DNA of 64,000 bases from an uncultured PS1 clade bacterium. GTDB lineage: Bacteria; Pseudomonadota; Alphaproteobacteria; MED-G09. Where the stretch lies: NCBI GenBank assembly GCA_902608415.1, contig CACLNZ010000001.1, forward strand, positions 17,768 through 81,767, read 5' to 3'. This document shows positions 12,350-22,612 of this stretch, piece after piece. The notes below the pieces were generated by a model. That model saw nothing but the letters and a program-made list of their open reading frames with translations. It ran no database searches and was not told where the DNA came from. Within the stretch, counting starts at the first letter, position 1. Each line of letters starts with the position of its first letter. The position numbers and the translations under genes are program-made.

Positions 12350-12426
12350 GGGCCTGTAGCTCAGTTGGTTAGAGCAAACCGCTCATAACGGTTCGGTCGC
12401 AGGTTCGAATCCTGCCAGGCCCACCA
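12350..12426 (+). tRNA. tRNA with CAU anticodon (elongator tRNA-Met or lysidine-modified tRNA-Ile2)
   Basis: Hand-folded cloverleaf. Acceptor GGGCCTG pairs with CAGGCCC. D-arm is GCTC/GAGC, anticodon stem AACCG/CGGTT with loop CTCATAA (anticodon CAT). T-arm is GCAGG TTCGAAT CCTGC, discriminator A, encoded CCA. The G1-C72 pair argues against an initiator tRNA. Confidence 0.85.
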
Positions 12427-12440
12427 CTAAAGGAATTAGG

Positions 12441-14096
12441 ATGGCATCTTATCAATATATTTTCTCTCTAGAAAATCTTTCTAAAACCTGGTCTGGCGGT
12501 AAAACACTTTTTGATAATATTAATTTATCTTTTTTACCAAATGCTAAAATTGGTATTGTAGGTATAAATGGTTCCGGTAAATCGACTTTTCTCAAAATTT
12601 TATCTGGTATAGATAAAAACTTTAATGGTGAAATTATTGCTGCTAAAGGTATTAAAGTAGGTTACTTACCTCAAGAGCCCGACTTAGACAATAAAAAAAA
12701 TGTTTATGAAAATGTTTGTGAAGGGGCTAAAGAAAAACTGTCATTAATTGAAAAATACAATGAACTATCTATGAACTATTCTGAAGATATTGCTGATGAT
12801 TTAGCTAAATTACAGGATGAAATAGAGGCAAAAGATTTATGGGATCTAGATTCAAAGATTGAACAAGCTATGAATGCTTTGAGATGCCCTGAAAAGACTA
12901 AAAATATTAATAATTTATCGGGAGGTGAAAAAAGACGAGTTGCTATTTGTAAATTACTTCTTGAAGAACCAGACTTACTATTACTTGATGAACCAACTAA
13001 TCATCTCGACCCTGAAACAGTTTCTTGGCTAGAGAATTACCTAAAAAATTATAAGGGTACAGTTATATTAATTACTCACGATAGATTTTTTCTTGATAAT
13101 ATCACCGAATGGATACTTGAGTTTGATAGAGGAAAGGCAATTCCTTATGAAGGAAACTATAGTAAATGGTTAATTCAGAAACAAAAAAGAATTGAATTAG
13201 AGGTCAAACATGAGAATGCAAGATTGAGAAGATTAAAGAGTGAAGTTAATTGGATTTCATCTTCTCCTAAAGCTAGGCAATCTAAATCAAAAGCGAGAAT
13301 AAATAACTATGAATCTCTTTTAAATAAAGAAAATATTCAATCTATAGATGACCCTCAAATTATAATTCCAACTGCACCAAGGCTTGGAGATCTAGTAATT
13401 GAAATAAATAATTTAAAGAAAGTCATTGAAGATAAAGTGCTTTTTGAGGATCTTTCTATCAAAGTTCCAAAAGGAGCGATAGTTGGAATTATAGGAGCTA
13501 ATGGAGCAGGCAAAACAACGCTTTTTAATATTATTTCAAATAAATTAGATTCAACATCTGGATCGGTAAGATTAGGTGAAACAGTCAATTTAAGTTATGT
13601 AGATCAATCAAGAGATACTCTTGACCCTATTAAAACAGTATGGGAAGAAATTTCAGAAGGAAATGATGTTGTTGAAATCAATTCAACAACTATTAATACT
13701 CGCGCTTATACCAGTGCATTTAATTTTAAAGGTTCTGATCAACAAAAAAAAGTAGGTCAATTATCTGGAGGAGAAAGAAACAGAATTCACCTTGCCAAAG
13801 CTCTTAAATCTGGAGCTAATGTTTTATTGCTTGATGAACCAACAAATGATTTAGATGTAGAGACTTTGTATGCCTTAGAGTATGCGTTAGATAAATTTTC
13901 AGGTTGTGCAATGATAATTAGTCATGATAGGTGGTTTTTAGATCGAATATGTACACATATACTAGCGTTTGAGGGTAATAGTTGTGTTGAATGGTTCGAA
14001 GGAAGTTATTCAGATTATTCCATAGATAGAAGAAATAGATTAGGTGAAACAAGTGAAATCCCTTCTCGAATTAAATATAAAAAATTTACTCGATAA
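12441..14096 (+). CDS. ettA: ABC-F family ATPase, EttA-like translation factor
   Basis: Two ABC ATPase cassettes (Walker A GINGSGKST and GANGAGKTT; signature LSGGEKRR and LSGGERNR) with no transmembrane domain. Length (551 aa) is like EttA/YjjK. Confidence 0.75.
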   Translation: MASYQYIFSLENLSKTWSGGKTLFDNINLSFLPNAKIGIVGINGSGKSTFLKILSGIDKNFNGEIIAAKGIKVGYLPQEPDLDNKKNVYENVCEGAKEKLSLIEKYNELSMNYSEDIADDLAKLQDEIEAKDLWDLDSKIEQAMNALRCPEKTKNINNLSGGEKRRVAICKLLLEEPDLLLLDEPTNHLDPETVSWLENYLKNYKGTVILITHDRFFLDNITEWILEFDRGKAIPYEGNYSKWLIQKQKRIELEVKHENARLRRLKSEVNWISSSPKARQSKSKARINNYESLLNKENIQSIDDPQIIIPTAPRLGDLVIEINNLKKVIEDKVLFEDLSIKVPKGAIVGIIGANGAGKTTLFNIISNKLDSTSGSVRLGETVNLSYVDQSRDTLDPIKTVWEEISEGNDVVEINSTTINTRAYTSAFNFKGSDQQKKVGQLSGGERNRIHLAKALKSGANVLLLDEPTNDLDVETLYALEYALDKFSGCAMIISHDRWFLDRICTHILAFEGNSCVEWFEGSYSDYSIDRRNRLGETSEIPSRIKYKKFTR

Positions 14097-14702
14097 TCAC
14101 TTATTTAATTGTTCTTCCAATCTATACATTAATTTATCAATATTTCCGTTATTTTTACTCAAAAACGATGTAAATGTTGACCTTTGTTCTTGAGCCATCC
14201 AAATCCCTACAACACGTATATCAAAGATTTTAAAATCACCATCTTGTTTTTTAATAAGTCTCCAATCAATTTTTGTTGGACTAGGTTCATTTGAAAATTG
14301 AATTAAAGTTTTTACTATAATTCCTGATCTTCCATTATCAGTTGAGCTAAGAATACTCAAATCACCAGATGGAAAAGAAGCTAATCTAATTGAATATATT
14401 TCTGATACAAATCTTTTAATTAGATTTATATATTTAGTCTTTTGACCAGAATCTAAATTTCTTCTATAAGGCCCTAATACAAATAAAGATATTTCTCTTA
14501 CAGCCAAATTAGATAAAAAGATATCTGTAATATTGGCCACTTTTTCATCATTACTCTTATTATTATTTCCAAGAACATTAAGAGTATCTTGTGCTATATA
14601 AGTTACATACTCTTCAGGCGATAAAATTTTACTGTCAGAAAGAACAGAATTAAATGGTAGAAAAAAGCACAAAACAAATAATGTTAAAATTTTTTTAATC
14701 AT
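14097..14702 (-). CDS. MlaC/Ttg2D-like periplasmic phospholipid-binding protein
   Basis: N-terminal signal peptide, about 200 aa. Lies directly downstream of a VacJ/MlaA gene. The family call rests on size and context and is weaker than a motif-based call. Confidence 0.5.
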   Translation of the reverse strand: MIKKILTLFVLCFFLPFNSVLSDSKILSPEEYVTYIAQDTLNVLGNNNKSNDEKVANITDIFLSNLAVREISLFVLGPYRRNLDSGQKTKYINLIKRFVSEIYSIRLASFPSGDLSILSSTDNGRSGIIVKTLIQFSNEPSPTKIDWRLIKKQDGDFKIFDIRVVGIWMAQEQRSTFTSFLSKNNGNIDKLMYRLEEQLNK

Positions 14703-15438
14703 TGTTATTTTCTTCTTCTAATGATTCAAAAAAATCATCAAATACTTGCTCATCTAAACTTTCGCTGAGGCCAGAAGATCTGCTTTGATAGTAAATGGAT
14801 TGTAAAGAGCTATAATAATCTATTGATGTTTCTCGTAAATTATCAATAGTCTCCATATTTCCTGATCTTGATGAAACAGCATACAATATCGTAGGCGAAA
14901 CTCTTACTATACTACCTTCATCTCTGAGAAAATAATTTAGTGGATTCAAAGCTATATCAATTATACTACCTGCAAGGTGACGTGAAGATCGTGGTCCAAT
15001 AAAGGGTAGGACCAAATAATCACCTTCATTTGCCCCCCACTTCTCAAGAGTTTTATCAAAATCAGTATCATTTTCTTTTAAATTTAATTTATCTGCTAAA
15101 TCAATAGCGCCCAGAAGACCGAAGGAAGAATTAATAATAAATCTCATCAGACTTGATAAGGCATTTTTTATCTCACCTTGCAAAATATAATTAGTAAAGT
15201 TGATTGGTTCTCCTGAGTTTTGAAGTATATTTGATATTCCATCTTCTACCGGGTTTGGTAGCAAACTATATCCAACAGAAACAGGTCTTAATAAATAAAC
15301 ATCAATACTATCATTGAATTCATGAATATTTCTATTAGATTTTTCGTAAGGATCAGATATATCTGAATTACTGTAAGAAGCGGTTGAAGCTATTACAATT
15401 ATGAAAAAAATTAAATTTATTTTAAAAAACTTTATCAA
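14695..15438 (-). CDS. mlaA: MlaA/VacJ family outer-membrane lipoprotein
   Basis: VacJ-type conserved block NRNIHEFN...PVSVGY...NFTNYILQGE after a signal peptide. Confidence 0.7.
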   Translation of the reverse strand: MIKFFKINLIFFIIVIASTASYSNSDISDPYEKSNRNIHEFNDSIDVYLLRPVSVGYSLLPNPVEDGISNILQNSGEPINFTNYILQGEIKNALSSLMRFIINSSFGLLGAIDLADKLNLKENDTDFDKTLEKWGANEGDYLVLPFIGPRSSRHLAGSIIDIALNPLNYFLRDEGSIVRVSPTILYAVSSRSGNMETIDNLRETSIDYYSSLQSIYYQSRSSGLSESLDEQVFDDFFESLEEENNND

Positions 15439-15464
15439 TCAAAAACCTCTTTAAAAAAATTGCA

Positions 15465-16265
15465 CTATAATTTTATCCCTTTAACTCTCTCAATTATTTT
15501 TTCATGTAAACCGATACATGTGCCTATAATTGATTTTTTTGATACATTTCTAAGATTATATAATAATTGATTCCCTTTGTGATCAGTAACTTTTCCACCA
15601 GATTCATTGATTAATAAATCACCAGCGGCAATATCCCAGTCTGATTTAGTGTTTAATGCCATCATAGAGTCAAATTGACCGTTGGAAACAAGAGCCATTC
15701 GATATGCTATAGAGTTTTTATTATCAATAAACATTTTTGGCCAAGGTTTTTTCCAGGCAGGGTGTGAAAACATCGGTTTGAATGCACACATTTTTGAGTT
15801 TTCAAGTTTTGATGTTTTTGCTGTGAAAATTTTTTTTGAATTTAGCCATGAACCTTTATTTTTTTCAGCCTCAAATAATTCCTCATTTATAGGGTTATAT
15901 ATAATAGCTGAAATGGGTCTACCAGATTTAATTAAAGCAATTGAAATGCAGAAATCTTTTTTACCAGTAAGAAAAGATTTGGTGCCGTCTATAGGGTCCA
16001 CTATTAGTGTTTTATCATAATTTAATCTAGAATAATCATCTTTATTTTCTTCAGAAAGCCAGCCAGTATCTGATATTCTCTTTTTTAGTTCTACTTGAAG
16101 AAAATTATCTATTTCGATATCGGCTTCTGATACATCTGAGCCGTCTTCTTTTTTCCAAACATTAGGTTTATTATTAAACCATTTAAGAGCAATTTTACCT
16201 CCTTCAATAATTGTTTCTTTAATTATCTTATGGTCTTTAGAGAATTTTATATGTGTTGTATTCAT
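15465..16265 (-). CDS. inositol monophosphatase / CysQ-family 3'(2'),5'-bisphosphate nucleotidase
   Basis: IMPase-fold metal-binding motifs WLSEE, IVDPIDGTKSF and WDIAAGDLL. Confidence 0.75.
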   Translation of the reverse strand: MNTTHIKFSKDHKIIKETIIEGGKIALKWFNNKPNVWKKEDGSDVSEADIEIDNFLQVELKKRISDTGWLSEENKDDYSRLNYDKTLIVDPIDGTKSFLTGKKDFCISIALIKSGRPISAIIYNPINEELFEAEKNKGSWLNSKKIFTAKTSKLENSKMCAFKPMFSHPAWKKPWPKMFIDNKNSIAYRMALVSNGQFDSMMALNTKSDWDIAAGDLLINESGGKVTDHKGNQLLYNLRNVSKKSIIGTCIGLHEKIIERVKGIKL

Positions 16266-16276
16266 TTTAAGTAAAT

Positions 16277-17335
16277 CTAGTTTTTAATATTTGAGAAAAC
16301 ATGTTTATAAACTTTCTTCATTAAGCTTGGTAAGTCTAGATCAGGAATATTATTTTCATTTTTCCAAATACCTTCTAACTGTTTTTCATTAACATCTCTA
16401 CATATATAAATTTTTAAAGATAATTGAAAATGAGAAAAAGTATGAATTACATTACCATTGACTGGCTTCCAATTTCCTTTAATAGGAAATGATATTTCTT
16501 TTTTAGACTCTTTATTTTTACTAATCCAATCAGAAGATGGGAATTCTAACATACCAGGCAGTAACCCCGACAGAGATCTCCTACGAAGAAAAATTCTATT
16601 TTGATTTGATACAATCCAAAACAAATTAGCTTTTCTAATTTTTATTGGATTTCTTGGTTTTTTTATGGGTATTAGATTTGTTAAGTTATTTTTGTAAGAA
16701 TAACAAAATTTTTTAATAGGACACAAATTACATTTAGGATTATTTGGTTTACAAATTGCTGAACCTAAATCCATCATCGCCTGAACATAATCACCGCTTC
16801 TAATATCTGGACATAGTTCTTCAGAAATTTTTATTAATTCTTTTTTAGCTTTGTCCTTTGGTTTTTTGATGCCTTGTATTCTTAGAATTATTCTTTCTAT
16901 ATTAGAGTCAATTACTGAGGCTTTTTTATTGTAAGCAATTGTTAAGATTGCACCAGCAGTATATGGACCAATTCCAGGTAACTTTATCAACTCCTCATAA
17001 TTATTAGGTATTTGATTGTTGTATTCTTTGCTGATTATTTTTGCAGTTTTATGGATATTTTTCGCTCTTGAGTAATAACCTAAGCCTGACCATGCATCCA
17101 TTATGTCTTCAATATTACTTTCAGAAAGCTTTTTAATTGTTGGCCATTTAGAAGTAAACTTATGAAAATATGGTATCACTGCTTCAACAGTTGTTTGTTG
17201 TAACATAATCTCTGATATCCAGGTTTGATAAGGGTTTAAATTTTTTTTTGATTTTCTCCAAGGTAAATCCCTTTTGTTTTTATCATACCAAATTAGGATT
17301 TTTTTTGATAAATTATATTTTAGTGAAACTTTCAT
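16277..17335 (-). CDS. mutY: A/G-specific adenine DNA glycosylase MutY
   Basis: HhH-GPD glycosylase core with the 4Fe-4S Cys cluster (CKPNNPKCNLCPIKKFC) and a C-terminal MutT-like domain. 352 aa. Confidence 0.85.
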   Translation of the reverse strand: MKVSLKYNLSKKILIWYDKNKRDLPWRKSKKNLNPYQTWISEIMLQQTTVEAVIPYFHKFTSKWPTIKKLSESNIEDIMDAWSGLGYYSRAKNIHKTAKIISKEYNNQIPNNYEELIKLPGIGPYTAGAILTIAYNKKASVIDSNIERIILRIQGIKKPKDKAKKELIKISEELCPDIRSGDYVQAMMDLGSAICKPNNPKCNLCPIKKFCYSYKNNLTNLIPIKKPRNPIKIRKANLFWIVSNQNRIFLRRRSLSGLLPGMLEFPSSDWISKNKESKKEISFPIKGNWKPVNGNVIHTFSHFQLSLKIYICRDVNEKQLEGIWKNENNIPDLDLPSLMKKVYKHVFSNIKN

Positions 17336-17843
17336 AATTTGTGAGACTCAAATAATTAAAAAAATAAATGATAAAAATTTTTTTCCAACTAAGCAACTTA
17401 GTTGGTACATTTCTAAAATTTCTAAACCTTTTTTCAATAAGCAAGGTTTTGTAAAAAGTTATATAATTGACAATTGGAAAGAAATCGTTGGAGATGAATA
17501 TTATAAAAAATCTATACCTGAAAAATTAAGGATTCAAAAAGGTGGTGGAGTTTTAACTATTGCTACAGATGGAGCAACATCTACAGAAATGGAATATATT
17601 AAAACTGATATTATACAAAAAATTAATGACTATTATGGATATCGAGCAGTTAATAGAATTAGATTTCGAAATTCTTTTATTCAAGATGAAATTAAAGAAA
17701 AAAAGGTAAAAAAAGATAATATTAAAAATAAAAATTCAATAAATAAAAAGGCTGATGTTTTTCTTAGTGAAGTTGAAGAGAGTGAGTTGAAAGAAGCAAT
17801 TAATTCTTTGGGTAAAAGTATAATTGGCAAAAAGAACGAATAA
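17274..17843 (+). CDS. DUF721 domain protein (conserved alphaproteobacterial partner of mutY/smc)
   Basis: Conserved core NWKEIVG...LRIQKGGGVLTIATDGATSTEMEY. The reported start is a TTG that overlaps mutY by about 60 nt, so the true start is uncertain. Confidence 0.5.
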   Translation: MFLSYQIRIFFDKLYFSETFIICETQIIKKINDKNFFPTKQLSWYISKISKPFFNKQGFVKSYIIDNWKEIVGDEYYKKSIPEKLRIQKGGGVLTIATDGATSTEMEYIKTDIIQKINDYYGYRAVNRIRFRNSFIQDEIKEKKVKKDNIKNKNSINKKADVFLSEVEESELKEAINSLGKSIIGKKNE

Positions 17844-17860
17844 TATTAAATGAGGTAATT

Positions 17861-18544
17861 ATGGGTAAAAAAAATATAATTCTTTTAGTTGGTTTTGTTG
17901 TGTTGGGTTTGATTCTTGCAATCTTTTTCCTGTCGCCAAATCAACAATCAACAAATTTAGCTGATAACATTAATGCATCAAGAAATTTATCATCAAATAT
18001 AAGTTTTTCCAATGGTGTTTCTTCAAATCTTGAAGGCGATCATACTTTAGGTCCAGATAATTCTGAAAGCATTATTGTTGAGTATGCCAGTCTTACATGT
18101 CCACATTGCGCTACTTTCCATGGAGATGTTTTTCCTAGAATAAAGTCAGAATTGGTAGACACTGGAAAAGTGAAATATATTTTTAGAGATTATCCAATAG
18201 ACCGCCTAGCAATGGCTGGCTCAATGATAGCTCATTGCTCAGGAGATAATAAGTATTTTGGGGTAATTGATGTTCTTTTAAAAACACAGGAAGAATGGTT
18301 GTTTGATAATGAGAATCCCTATAATGGAATATTAAAGGTTGCACGTTTAGCTGGCTTATCTGAAGAAGATGTTAAATTGTGTCTTAGTAATACTGAGTTA
18401 TTTAATATGATTGAAGGAAATCAAAGGTTAGCATCATCAAGGTTCGGGGTTAATAGTACACCTGCAGTTTTTGTAAATAACAAAAAAATTTCATCACTAG
18501 ATTTTGATGCCATATTGGCAGAGCTTGGTATTTCTAAGGATTAA
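17861..18544 (+). CDS. DsbA-family thiol:disulfide oxidoreductase (membrane-anchored)
   Basis: N-terminal TM helix and a thioredoxin-fold CPHC active site. Sits upstream of smc as in many Alphaproteobacteria. Confidence 0.75.
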   Translation: MGKKNIILLVGFVVLGLILAIFFLSPNQQSTNLADNINASRNLSSNISFSNGVSSNLEGDHTLGPDNSESIIVEYASLTCPHCATFHGDVFPRIKSELVDTGKVKYIFRDYPIDRLAMAGSMIAHCSGDNKYFGVIDVLLKTQEEWLFDNENPYNGILKVARLAGLSEEDVKLCLSNTELFNMIEGNQRLASSRFGVNSTPAVFVNNKKISSLDFDAILAELGISKD

Positions 18545-18564
18545 ATTAATATAGGGAGTAAGTA

Positions 18565-21360
18565 TTGGATTTTAGCAAATTAAGGTTATCAAGTTTTAAA
18601 TCTTTTGTTGAACCAATAGAAATAGACATAAAAGATGGATTGACTGGTGTAGTTGGTCCAAATGGCTGTGGTAAATCAAATTTAGTAGAAGCTATTAGGT
18701 GGGTTATGGGCGAAGCTTCCTATAAATCCATGCGAGCATCAAGTATGGAAGGTGTTATTTTCCAAGGAACTCAAAATAGACCCTCAAGAAACTCAGCTGA
18801 AGTTTCTCTAGTATTAAATAATAAAGATCGTGATGCTCCTCTTATGTGCAATGATGCTGATATAATTGAAGTTACAAGGAGAATAGAAAGGGAAGCAGGC
18901 TCTGTTTATAAATTAAACGGTAATGATACAAGGGCAAGAGATATACAAATGCTTTTTGCAGATGCTTCAACTGGAGCAAGATCCCCATCTTTGGTAAGAC
19001 AAGGCCAAATTCAAGAATTAATTGATCAAAAACCAAACGAAAGAAGAAGAATTCTAGAGGATGCTGCAGGCATTTCTGGTCTTCATGTTAGAAGGCATGA
19101 GGCTGAATTAAGAATTAAATCTGCTGAAACAAATATTGATAGACTTGATGATATATTAAAAGAATTAGCATCTCAGGTTAGATCTCTTAATAAACAATCA
19201 AGGGAAGCAAACAGATATAAGAATTTATCAAAAAAAATTCGAGAAACAGAAATTCTACTTCTTGCAAAAAAATACAAAACCATTGAACTAGAATGTAAAG
19301 AAAATGACGAGAAGCTCCATTCTTTAAGTGTTGAACATCAAAATATAGTTAGGAGTGTAAGCAATAAAAAAACAGAAGAATTAAATATCCAAGAATTATT
19401 ACCTGAGTTGAAAAAAGAAGTGAACGACTCCTCTGCAGCCCTTCAAAGATTAATTATTGAAATGGAAAGATTTGATAATGATCAAATACAGTCTGATAGA
19501 AGAAAGCAAGAATTAGATGACTTGATTTCAACTACCAATCTTCAATTAAAAAGAGAAATTCAGATTTTAGAGGATATAAACAATAATGTTATAGGCAGTA
19601 ATAAAGATATAAATATTAACGAGGATAAAATAGAGCTTAAAATTAATAAAAAAGAAATTTTAATTATAGATCTAGATAAAGAGATAAATGATCTTACAAA
19701 ACTTTATGCTGAAAAAAATGCTCTAGAAGGAATAATTGGCGATAATGTTGATGCAACTAATTCTCTTATAGAGAATCTTGATGTTATACCCGGCTTTGAA
19801 AAAGCATTAGATTCTCTACTTGGCGATGAATTATACTACTCTTTGGATACTGAAAATGACATACATTGGAAAAAAGTTTCAATTAAAGAAAAATCTCAAA
19901 ACCTGCCATCAGGATGTAAACCGCTTTCAGAATTTGTTAAGGGTTCAGATGTTTTAAGTGAAAGACTTAACCAAACTGGTTTGGTAAATAAATCAGATGG
20001 CGAAGAACTTTCCTCCAAACTTACATATGGACAAAGAATAGTATCAAAAGAAGGTGATTTATGGAGATGGGATGGTTTGGTTGTATCTGCTGGTGCTCCT
20101 GGATCTGCAGCTGAAAGACTAGGGCAAAGAAATCGTTTGATTGAAATATATGAAGAAATAAAACAATTTGAAAATAACTATGGAGATATTGATTCTTTAA
20201 GAAATAAATTAAAAGATGCCCATAAAGATCTATCTGATTTGAGGCTGAATTATGAAAAAATTCAACTTAATAAAAAAAATATTTCTGATGTAAATAAAAG
20301 AAAAGATATAGCAAAAGAACAAATTACTATTTTGGAAGAGAGAATAAAGAAGTTTGAGCAAGAAGATATAAACCTTGAACAAAAACCTGAAGATATTGAT
20401 ACAAAAAAAATAGACCTGAGTGAAAATATTTCATCAGCTAGAAAAAAATCTAACGAAGATAATGACAAATTAACTGAATTAGAAAACAGTCTAAGAGATG
20501 TAGTCCTTAACATTAGAGAATTATCTGATCAAGAATCACATTTAAGGGAAAATAAGGGCAGAGTTGAGGTTACGCTTGAGTCAAATAATATTCGTTTATC
20601 AGAAATTATTAGCTTAATTGAAAAGGAACATAAAAAAGAGACTTCAGAATTTATGAAAGAATTAGATGTTTCGGACAATAGTGAAGATGAAATGCAAATG
20701 AATATAGATAGATTAAAAAGAGAAAGAGATGATCTTGGTGGTGTAAATTTAAAAGCCGAAGAAGAAGCAGAAGAGATAAAAGAGAGAATTAACGAAATTA
20801 AGGTCGAAAGAGATGATCTTGTTGAAGCAATTAAGAAGCTTAGAACAGGAATTAATGACTTAAATAAAGAAGGAAGAGAAAGAATGCAACGAGCCTTCTT
20901 AGAAGTGAATGAAAAATTTCAAGATGTTTTTAAGAAATTTTTTGGCGGTGGAAATGCTGAATTGAAGTTTATAGATTCTGATGACCCTCTTGAAGCAGGG
21001 TTAGAAGTCTTTGCTCAATTGCCAGGCAAGAAATTAATAGAAATGTCATCCTTATCAGGAGGAGAGAAGGGCTTGGTCTCATTGTCTTTAATTTTTGCTG
21101 TATTCTTAACAAATCCATCACCAATTTGTGTTCTTGATGAGGTTGATGCAGCTTTAGACGATAGCAATGTTGAGAAGTTTTGTGATTTAATTGAAGAAAT
21201 TTCTTCAAATGTAAAAACAAGATTTCTTGTAATTACGCACCATCCTTTAAGTATGGCAAGAATGGATAGGCTTTATGGCGTAACAATGCAAGAAAAGGGA
21301 GTAAGTCAATTAGTTTCAGTCGACCTTAATGTTGCTGAAAAAATTAGAAATATTGCTTAA
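18565..21360 (+). CDS. smc: chromosome partition protein SMC (short-armed, 931 aa)
   Basis: N-terminal Walker A GPNGCGKSN, a central hinge-like segment, and a C-terminal signature LSGGEKGL with Walker B VLDEVDAALD. Long charged, heptad-rich arms. Confidence 0.85.
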   Translation: MDFSKLRLSSFKSFVEPIEIDIKDGLTGVVGPNGCGKSNLVEAIRWVMGEASYKSMRASSMEGVIFQGTQNRPSRNSAEVSLVLNNKDRDAPLMCNDADIIEVTRRIEREAGSVYKLNGNDTRARDIQMLFADASTGARSPSLVRQGQIQELIDQKPNERRRILEDAAGISGLHVRRHEAELRIKSAETNIDRLDDILKELASQVRSLNKQSREANRYKNLSKKIRETEILLLAKKYKTIELECKENDEKLHSLSVEHQNIVRSVSNKKTEELNIQELLPELKKEVNDSSAALQRLIIEMERFDNDQIQSDRRKQELDDLISTTNLQLKREIQILEDINNNVIGSNKDININEDKIELKINKKEILIIDLDKEINDLTKLYAEKNALEGIIGDNVDATNSLIENLDVIPGFEKALDSLLGDELYYSLDTENDIHWKKVSIKEKSQNLPSGCKPLSEFVKGSDVLSERLNQTGLVNKSDGEELSSKLTYGQRIVSKEGDLWRWDGLVVSAGAPGSAAERLGQRNRLIEIYEEIKQFENNYGDIDSLRNKLKDAHKDLSDLRLNYEKIQLNKKNISDVNKRKDIAKEQITILEERIKKFEQEDINLEQKPEDIDTKKIDLSENISSARKKSNEDNDKLTELENSLRDVVLNIRELSDQESHLRENKGRVEVTLESNNIRLSEIISLIEKEHKKETSEFMKELDVSDNSEDEMQMNIDRLKRERDDLGGVNLKAEEEAEEIKERINEIKVERDDLVEAIKKLRTGINDLNKEGRERMQRAFLEVNEKFQDVFKKFFGGGNAELKFIDSDDPLEAGLEVFAQLPGKKLIEMSSLSGGEKGLVSLSLIFAVFLTNPSPICVLDEVDAALDDSNVEKFCDLIEEISSNVKTRFLVITHHPLSMARMDRLYGVTMQEKGVSQLVSVDLNVAEKIRNIA

Positions 21361-21402
21361 TAAATTTAATTAATACAATAACTTATGTAAAAATATATGT
21401 AG

Positions 21403-21431
21403 TTGACACTAGCATCTTATATTAGTAATTT
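21403..21431 (+). promoter_or_regulatory. candidate sigma-70 promoter of the F0 ATP synthase operon (TTGACA, 17 nt spacer, TAATTT)
   Basis: Perfect -35 hexamer TTGACA at 21403-21408. A -10-like TAATTT follows 17 nt downstream, about 45 nt upstream of the atpI-like start. In an AT-rich genome the -10 call is weak. Confidence 0.25.
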
Positions 21432-21473
21432 CTGTAAGGAAGCTATCATTAAAAAGGAATTCTCAGGTAAACT

Positions 21474-21809
21474 TTGACTCAAGATTCACAAGAACATAAA
21501 GAAAAAGAAATGCAAAATATTATTGAAGATAAAGATAGAGTTTCTGAAAAAATTGGTGAATTTCAAAAAAAATACAATCAAAAATCTGTTAATGAAAATG
21601 ATAGCGCTAAATCATCAGCCTTTGGTCTTGCAATGAGAATAACAACTGATTTGATGTCTGGAGTTATAATAGGTGGTATTATGGGATGGTCATTTGATAA
21701 GTTATTCGGAACATCTCCGTGGCTTTTAATAGTATTTTTTATTTTGGGTGTTGCTGCTGGGATATCAAATGTTATTCGAACGGCAAATAAAATGAATAAG
21801 TTAGGGTAG
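21474..21809 (+). CDS. atpI: ATP synthase protein I (AtpI/AtpZ-like) small membrane protein
   Basis: 111 aa with a polar N-terminus and two C-terminal TM helices. Immediately precedes atpB in the F0 operon. Confidence 0.55.
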   Translation: MTQDSQEHKEKEMQNIIEDKDRVSEKIGEFQKKYNQKSVNENDSAKSSAFGLAMRITTDLMSGVIIGGIMGWSFDKLFGTSPWLLIVFFILGVAAGISNVIRTANKMNKLG

Positions 21810-21811
21810 TT

Positions 21812-22585
21812 ATGGCATCTTCAGATCATACCGGCGATCAACATGGAGCTAGCTCTTTTCCAGCTGATCCAATGCATCAGTTTGAAATTAAAAGATTATT
21901 AGATATCAATATTGCAGGATTCGATATTTCGTTTACAAATTCAGCTTTATTTATGCTGATTGCAGTCTTTATTATAAGTTTTACAACTATTATTTCTGTT
22001 CGAAAAAACTCAATAATTCCTTCAAGAATGCAATCAATTGTTGAATTATCATACGAATTTGTTGCTGATATGGTTAGACAAAATGTTGGCTCTCAAGGAA
22101 AAAACTATTTTCCCTTTATTTTTACTTTATTTATGTTCGTGCTTTTTTTAAATATGCTTGGAATGATACCATACGGTTTTACTGTTACTAGTCATATAGC
22201 TGTTACATTTGCTTTAGCAATGTTAATATTCATAGGTGTTACTGTTATTGGTTTTATTAAACACGGTTTAGGGTTCTTTGGTTTCTTCGTACCTAAGGGT
22301 GTACCAATTTTTATGCTTCCATTACTGGTTGTGATTGAGGTAATTTCATATTTTACAAGACCAATTAGCCTATCTGTGAGATTATTTGCTAACATGATGG
22401 CAGGCCATACTATGTTAAAAGTATTTTCTGGATTTGTTATTTTGATGGGTTTTTTAGGTGGATGGCTGCCTTTGGCCGTCATGGTAGCATTCACAGGCTT
22501 AGAAATTTTAATTGCATTTTTACAAGCATATGTTTTTGCTATATTAACATGTATCTATCTTAACGATGCATTACATATGCACTAA
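21812..22585 (+). CDS. atpB: F0F1 ATP synthase subunit a
   Basis: Multi-TM protein with the conserved R-containing helix ISLSVRLFANMMAGH. Confidence 0.9.
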   Translation: MASSDHTGDQHGASSFPADPMHQFEIKRLLDINIAGFDISFTNSALFMLIAVFIISFTTIISVRKNSIIPSRMQSIVELSYEFVADMVRQNVGSQGKNYFPFIFTLFMFVLFLNMLGMIPYGFTVTSHIAVTFALAMLIFIGVTVIGFIKHGLGFFGFFVPKGVPIFMLPLLVVIEVISYFTRPISLSVRLFANMMAGHTMLKVFSGFVILMGFLGGWLPLAVMVAFTGLEILIAFLQAYVFAILTCIYLNDALHMH

Positions 22586-22612
22586 TTTATTTTACTAAAA
22601 GGAGATAAAAAA

